From contig CM035355.1 in NCBI GenBank assembly GCA_020137815.1, positions 682,001-746,000 of the forward strand: a DNA stretch of 64,000 bases. Direction: 5' to 3'. Positions 57,600-64,000 of the stretch are shown here, piece after piece; the stretch's first letter is position 1; each line of letters starts with the position of its first letter. The stretch is from Hormiphora californensis (lineage: Eukaryota; Animalia; Ctenophora). The notes below the pieces were generated by a model that worked only from the letters and a program-made list of their open reading frames with translations, had not been told where the DNA came from and ran no database searches. The position numbers were made by a program, and so were the translations under genes.

Positions 57600-60339
57600 C
57601 TCTCTGGGGCGCTCTTTATTAACATAACGCCAAAATTATGGTTGCCATGGCAACTGAAACGGTAACTATGGGGACTGAACCCGAACTGAATTTCGGTTCA
57701 AATGTTTTTCCCGATAAAAATTATGTTTTAACTAGAAATCTTTTCAGCTCGTCTCTGTATTGTCCCCGCGGATAGAGTTCGATTTAGTGTACCAGACAGT
57801 GACTACCTGCAGCAGCCTAATGAACTACACGGGGTTCGTGTCACCAATACGTCAATCACAACACCTGGCGCAATGGTGATGAGGAGGAATCACGGCAACC
57901 CAAACCTATCTCATTAGCGGACGGAGTACTGCAAGTAAGTGTGTCTGTACATGCATTTCATATACCTAGTACTGGATATACTGTGTGTTTTTAAATGACT
58001 GGGACTGGGATAACAACGTCTAGTGTCACCGATTCGCTCTCTCTATCTGCTGAGTATAACTCTCTCGTCATGACGAAGAAGATGTGACTCTCTTCCTTTC
58101 TCTCTATTTCTCTCGCTATCTCTTTCTCTCTCTCCCTCTCTCTTGTCATGACGAAGCGCCACGCTCTACCAAACTCAGCACCACAGCTAGTCACGTGACC
58201 TTGTCAACGATTTCAGACACTATGATCACACTCAGAACCAATGACAAAATCGGTGTAACACATTGTTAACTGATTACCCCCAGTAAGACACGCGATAATT
58301 TATACCTGAGTGCAAAAATGCTCCCAATTAGGCCGACTTTCACCACTTGGCCGTGTTCCGAAGTTTGTAAATTGTCTAATGAACGACCGATTTTGCCGAA
58401 ATTCGAGTAGAATAAATAGCAGGTAGCCATCTACCTTGTCCTAAAATTTCAGAGCAAAATATTCACAACTTTTGACGCTATGTCGATTTGAACAGTACCA
58501 GTCATTTAAAAACACACAGTATATTCTCTTTCCCCTGAAGCCATCAAGCAAACAATACGATTATTAGAAAGATATAGAAAAATTGACTATCACTTTCTCT
58601 TACCAAACTTGGTTTGGATACACGTTACCAGAGTGAGATGAACCAACTAAAATATCCTCACTCGCAGATGTTACCGTGGATCTCAAAATAATGCTGAGAG
58701 GAGCGATGCTAGGCAAGACTAAAGCTAACGCTGATTTGGGAGGCTGTGATAGCGTGTGCGACAGAAAGACGATACCTTCATCTGATATTTCTTCATACCA
58801 TTTTTTTATTATCATATTGTGTGATTGAGTTAGAGTTGTGTCGGGACTGTCATGAAATATACCAGTTAGTTTTATGAAATAAAGTGTGTATGTGTCTGTT
58901 TTTAATATTTTGGTAATACAATCGACTGTTTCATTTCCTTTCTATATGCTGAGATGCGATATCTCATCACTTCAAGATATCTCATATCAGAATTCGGTAA
59001 TTGGTGGAAAAAACTCCTCTACTCGCGAGGCCTCGGCCATTTCTCCCTATTCCCTGGGCCACCCTCAAAATTGGTCATCCTTTTTTTATTATATCAGGGC
59101 GCGAACGTTTATCTTCAATGAAAGCAAATATTGTAAGCGCGCGTTTAGAAGACCTACCACACGAACGTTGAATCCGCGCGCATTCTAGAATTGAGTCTAA
59201 AATCTGTTTCCAAATGTGTAGACGCGCAGTCCATACCCCGCCTCAAACTTTTTTTGCAACTCGGCCTGGTTCAAAGCCCCGTATAAATTTAAAAGTCCGC
59301 GCGTTACATTAAAATGCCGCACAAAATGTCTGCTCATACGCGGCGCCGCCGATAAAAATTTTCAGTTGTTTTAAAAAATATTTTGCATTGTCTTTTTTCT
59401 TTTTTCAAGAACCCCGATTTAAACGGATTATGAGGGTGTGTTGGTAATTTATTGTGCTATAAATTTCGTATTTAAACCACGTTGACTTTCGAGATACGTG
59501 AGCAGAGAGAGGGATAATGAGGGTGTGTTGTTAATTTATATATTTTTGCCAATTTAAACCCCGAATTACTGGGACTTGGGAGGATAAACCTTCCCCGATG
59601 TAAAGTCCATTTTTATTCAACTGTTCACCCCTCAACTCATGCGCGTGCGATATTTTAATTTACGCTGGGCGCGCTACACGTTAACATGTGATAAACGCGC
59701 AAAACAATTCCGCGCACGACTTTGGGGGGTGAACAGTTGAAAAAAAATGGACTTTAGGAAATTTTACAGTGTTTGACCCCAGTTTACCGGTTACCCCGCT
59801 TTACCGGACAAAATCCTTTCCCACGAGCATCCTGGTAAATCGGGGTCCGGATGTTTTCCCTTTTTCTTTCACCAACTTCCCCTAGAGTGCGAATAACTCC
59901 CTATGCCTCTTTCCCCCCCAATTTTTCTGAAAAAAAAAAAAACGGGGGGTGCGGACAACTTTTAATTTTTATTGTCTTTTTTTTGGGTTTTGTCCCCCCT
60001 ACCCCCTTCAATTGGTCGGGTTTTTTGGCCCTCCCCCAAAAACCAGAACCCTAATGTCTACTTCTACTCTCTGGTCTATTCATTTTTCTATCTCACTGAG
60101 TCTCCTGTCTCGTTTTGCAGTCTGCGGCCCCCTTTGTTTCACTGTCCCCCTTCACTTTTGTTAGAATATGCAGTGATGGACCCTCTCTTTCCCCCCCCTC
60201 CCCTTTTTTTTGAAAAAGGGTAAATGCCCCCTTTAGCCCCCAAGCAGTTCTCAAAGCACTTGGTACGTGATCCCCTACGAATCACGTCGTCACACTGACG
60301 GACACGTCGTCACAGTGACGATCACTGTCACCTGACATA

Positions 60340-61402
60340 GGGGGTCACATTTCCACCCAAAAATTTCCTTGAAAAGTTAAAATTGTTGTAGTTTTTTAAA
60401 AAATTTTTTTATTTTTTTTTGGGGCCAAAAAATTCATAAAAAGGGGTTTTGAAAAAATTTCCAAAAAACCCAAAAAAAGGCCAAAATTTTTTGGGCCCCT
60501 TTTTTTAAAAAAAATTTTTACTTTTTTCAAAAAATTTTGGGGGGGGAAGGAAATAAAAATTTTTTTAAAAAAACGGAAACCGATTAAAATGGGGAATTTT
60601 AAAAAACCCCCCCCAAAAAAAAAAAGGGCCCCCCTTTTAAAAAAAAACCCCCTTACTTTTTTTTGGGAAAGTTTAACTCTTTCCCCAAAAAAACCCCCAA
60701 ACCCAAAAAAAAACCCAAAAAAACAAAAAAAACGATGGGGGCAAAGGGGATTTTAAAATTTTTTTTTTCCGGGCCCCCCACCTTTTTGGGCCTTAAAAAA
60801 ATGTTGTTTCGCAAAAAAAAAAAAAAAGGGAAAAACCCCCAAAAGAAAAAAGCTTTTAAAATCCCCCCCCCAAATTTTAAGGGAGAAAAAAAACCCGGGG
60901 GAAAGGGGGGCAATGGGGCCCCCCTCCCATTTGGGGGGGTCCTTTTGGGGGTTTTTTTATGTTTTTCCATAAAATGGCAAAATGGGGAAAAACCCGGTAA
61001 AGGGCCGGGGTTGGTTAAAAGGGTGGGGGTTTTTCCAAATTCCAATTTATTGTTTTTTTAAAATTTTTTTGTTTTATTTATTTGTAAAAAATTTTCTTAA
61101 TAACCTCCCAAAAAAAATTTGGGCTGTTGAGAAGATTTTTTAAAGAATTAAATGTATTTTAGAAGTTTTTTAATTTTTGCATTTCTCCCGGGGAAAATTT
61201 CCCCCCAAAAAACCCTTTTTTGGGGTGGACAAGGAGGGACCCGGGAAAAAGGTTAGGAAAAAAGGAGCTTTAAAAAGGAAAAAGGGGCCTTTTTCCCTTT
61301 AAGGGTTTTTTTTTTCCCATCAATCCCCAAAAATTATGTTACCAAAAAACCCCTTTTTTTTTTTTCCCCGTTTTTTTTTTTTCCCCCCCCCCCCCCAAAA
61401 AC

Positions 61403-61445
<43 letters not shown>

Positions 61446-61461
61446 GGGGGGGGGGGGGGGG

Positions 61462-61502
<41 letters not shown>

Positions 61503-61700
61503 CCCCCCCCCCGGGGGGGGAAAAAAAAAAACCCCCGGGAAAAAAAAAAAAAAAAAAAATTTTTTTTTCCCCCCCCCCCCCCCTCTTTTTATTTTTTTTC
61601 TTTCCCCTTTTCTCTTTTCTTTTTCTCCCCCTTTCTTTTTTTCTCCCCTTCTCTCTCCTCTTCTCTTCTCTCTCTCTCCCCCTCTCCCCCGGGGTGAAGA
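60340..61700. other. Homopolymer-rich low-quality sequence (probable base-calling artefact)
   Basis: Consecutive long A/G/C/T runs with no periodic unit. Confidence 0.8.
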
Positions 61701-62574
61701 AAGGGTTTGGGGGGGGCCTTATATAAATACTATTGGTTAACTACAGTTACCGAGTAAGGAGGGAAGGACAACCCCAAAATACCCTTCCCTCCACTTTTGG
61801 GGGGTTTTTGGCAAGAAGGGGGGGGGTGAGAGAGGTACCGGGGAGGAGGAAGCTGGGAAGTGGGAGGTGAGTACATTGAAAGGGGGGGGGGGGTGAGAGA
61901 GGTACCGAGGAAGAGGAAGCTGGGAAGTGGGAGGTGAGTACATTGAAAGGGGGGGGGATGATGACTCATCATTGATGAGTTGTGGGAAATGTAGTGAGTG
62001 TATAGTCGAACCCCAATAAATTATATCGGATACCCTACCCGGGAGGAGGGATATGAGTGCAATTGTAGAGAAGTTGACAGTCTGAACTCACATATGGTGC
62101 GTGAATTACAGCATCCCACACAATCTAAGTTTCATTCCAAATAATGGTGTCAGGTGGTGCCCCCCCCCCCCCCCCGGTGGTGGATCCGGAAATTGAAAAA
62201 CAAAATAAACACGCGAGATGGTGCGGGGGATAAAGACAGATCATGTACAGTGATCACGTGATAGTATCAGCGACATTTCATTGGTCCTAGTGTTTACCTA
62301 GTACCAAGTAAACATGTAGACCACACACAGCATCCAGCAAAACACATCAGCCTTGCAAAGTCATTGATAAACATCATCATCATCATCCGATTGTTGTACC
62401 TGATGAGCGTTTCTCTTTTGATGTTTTCTCTCTCTTGGAACACACTCAACTCCTGTCTTTTGAAACACTCAACTCCTGTCTTTTGAAACACTCAATATCA
62501 ATGCCTCTTTTTCTTAAAACACTCCATTACCCCGCGTTACCCTCTCACCCCCTCCCTCTCACATCTCTAGCAAC

Positions 62575-62679
62575 ATGTGCTGTATCGACTGTGCCCGGGG
62601 ATGCTTTGGTAAATTCATCAAGTGCGTCGCCTCCTGCTGCAAAAAGATATTCTGCTGCTGCTGCTGCGGTGATGACTAG
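62575..62679 (+). CDS. 34-aa cysteine-rich micropeptide
   Basis: Pyrimidine tract + ctctag acceptor, caacATG, MCCIDCARGCFGKFIKCVASCCKKIFCCCCCGDD*. Confidence 0.6.
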   Translation: MCCIDCARGCFGKFIKCVASCCKKIFCCCCCGDD

Positions 62680-62959
62680 ATATCAGACACACTCTCTAGA
62701 GAGTCACTATGACGAACAATTGGAGGACAATGCCATGACAACCCGAGCATTGTATTTGTTACCATGGTAACCAACGTTATTGTTGTTGTTAACGTTTAAA
62801 ACAAAACCAATAGTTTCTTTCTCCACCGGGTATCCAGCACCCACCTGTGTGACGTCACATTTCTTGAATCTCAGCTGTTCACATATATATTGTGAATTTG
62901 TTCACACCTCAGGAGGGATCACTACCAGATCATCACTGAGTGACACTTCACATTTTGTC

Positions 62960-63140
62960 ACATTTTGTCACATTTTGTCCATGTTAAGCAGCTTCCTCCC
63001 AATGGATGGTAACAACATGGTAACCATGGTGACACTTCACATTTTGTCCCTGTTAAGCAGCTTCCTCCCAATGGATGGTAACAACATGGTAACCATGGTG
63101 ACACTTCACATTTTGTCCCTGTTAAGCAGCTTCCTCCCGA
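62960..63140. repeat. 69-bp tandem duplication (~2.5 copies) covering the GPCR stop codon
   Basis: cacattttgtcc at 62969, 63038, 63107. Confidence 0.9.
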
Positions 63141-63950
63141 TGGGTGAGGCGATCCTGCACTTGGAGAAGTCAGCATCGTTAGCACCTCCTGAGGTCACCC
63201 TGAGGTTCAGTGTGCGCCGCTTAGTGGAGGAGTCCATGAGGAGCCGCCTGACACAGTACGGGCAGATTACGTAGAGAAGGGGGTCAGTGACGATGTTGGA
63301 GTACATCAGCCCGGATAGGATGACTTCCACTACTATCGGGTAGGAGCCGTCCAGTACCCTTATCTGAGGGGGGAGTAATTAGAGCTGCTATATCGGGACA
63401 CTACAGAGATTTGATAGCTTTGTTATGTTTTACATTTGCAGGGAGAGTGAGAGGGTCGACCACGGCAAGCCCTGACCCCCCTGACCCTGAGTTGTTGTAG
63501 CGGACTATATAATGCCCCCCATCCCCCTTCTGGGGGCTATAATATTATATCCTTTACTTACTGCAATGAACCAGGGTATCCAGGAGAGGCTGAAGAAGAA
63601 ACATATTACAATGGCCCTAATTAGAATCACATTCACCATTCCACGTTTCTCCCTCCGTCCCGAGATGGTCCTGATCTTTATTAGGATCATGATGTAGACG
63701 GTAATTTGGAATGTTAACGGTAGTACCAGCACCAGGATGTCCCGGAATAGATCCAACCATTTACCCTCGTCACCTGGGGGTAGTAGGGGTGGTCATGAGA
63801 GGTATAGTCACAGTAGGTGTGTTCTATAACAGGGGAATTATTCAATCGGTTGATTGTTTGTAGAATTCGTGAGGACTTGTGTTTACTCCTTCTGCCTACA
63901 CTACCTAGATTGAAACTTGAAAGATATTTATAGTCTGACTTTATTGTAGG
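63106..63950 (-). CDS. Class A (rhodopsin-like) GPCR, TM5-TM7 exons; 5' part outside the window
   Basis: TM5 ILVLVLPLTFQITVYIMILIKI, TM6 VICFFFSLSWIPWFIA (donor after 63562), last exon 63363-63106 with TM7 YSNIVTDPLLY (DPxxY); one frameshift near 63755. Confidence 0.8.
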
Positions 63951-64000
63951 CCAAAGCAATTAATTTCGGTGACCTACAACTTCATCAGTGTGAATTGGAA

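Noticed and set aside
58600-58815. 71-aa minus-strand ATG ORF
   Set aside because: No motif or other support
60653-61740. Lys/Gly/Pro/Phe-rich ORFs
   Set aside because: Homopolymer-rich low-quality sequence

Overview
Eukaryotic (animal) genomic DNA with compact GT-AG introns, many (AG/CT)n tracts and dense TIR/foldback MITEs. Gene style and repeats suggest a ctenophore such as Pleurobrachia (inference from recall, not proven). Host genes read by hand: meiotic HORMAD with PHD+winged-helix, a small acylation-motif VHL-like gene, a multi-exon TIR + VHL-beta-domain gene, a noisy ribokinase-like gene, a SUN-domain protein with a long acidic repeat, the 3' part of CFAP52, a secreted peptide precursor, an OSTalpha/TMEM184 transporter, actin, FoxK, NDUFC2-like, a 34-aa Cys-rich micro-ORF and the 3' end of a class A GPCR. 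Mobile DNA: a CRE-like remnant, nested LINEs in the actin 3' region, a decayed KDZ/Zisupton (HMGXB3-like) transposon and several MITE families. Most interesting: the TIR-VHL fusion next to a second VHL-like gene, and repeated tandem amplification of splice sites and exon ends in many genes. Parts of the window (about 8.2-13.9 kb, 18.3-18.9 kb and 59.4-61.7 kb) look like error-rich, low-coverage sequence, so frameshifts there may be artefacts.
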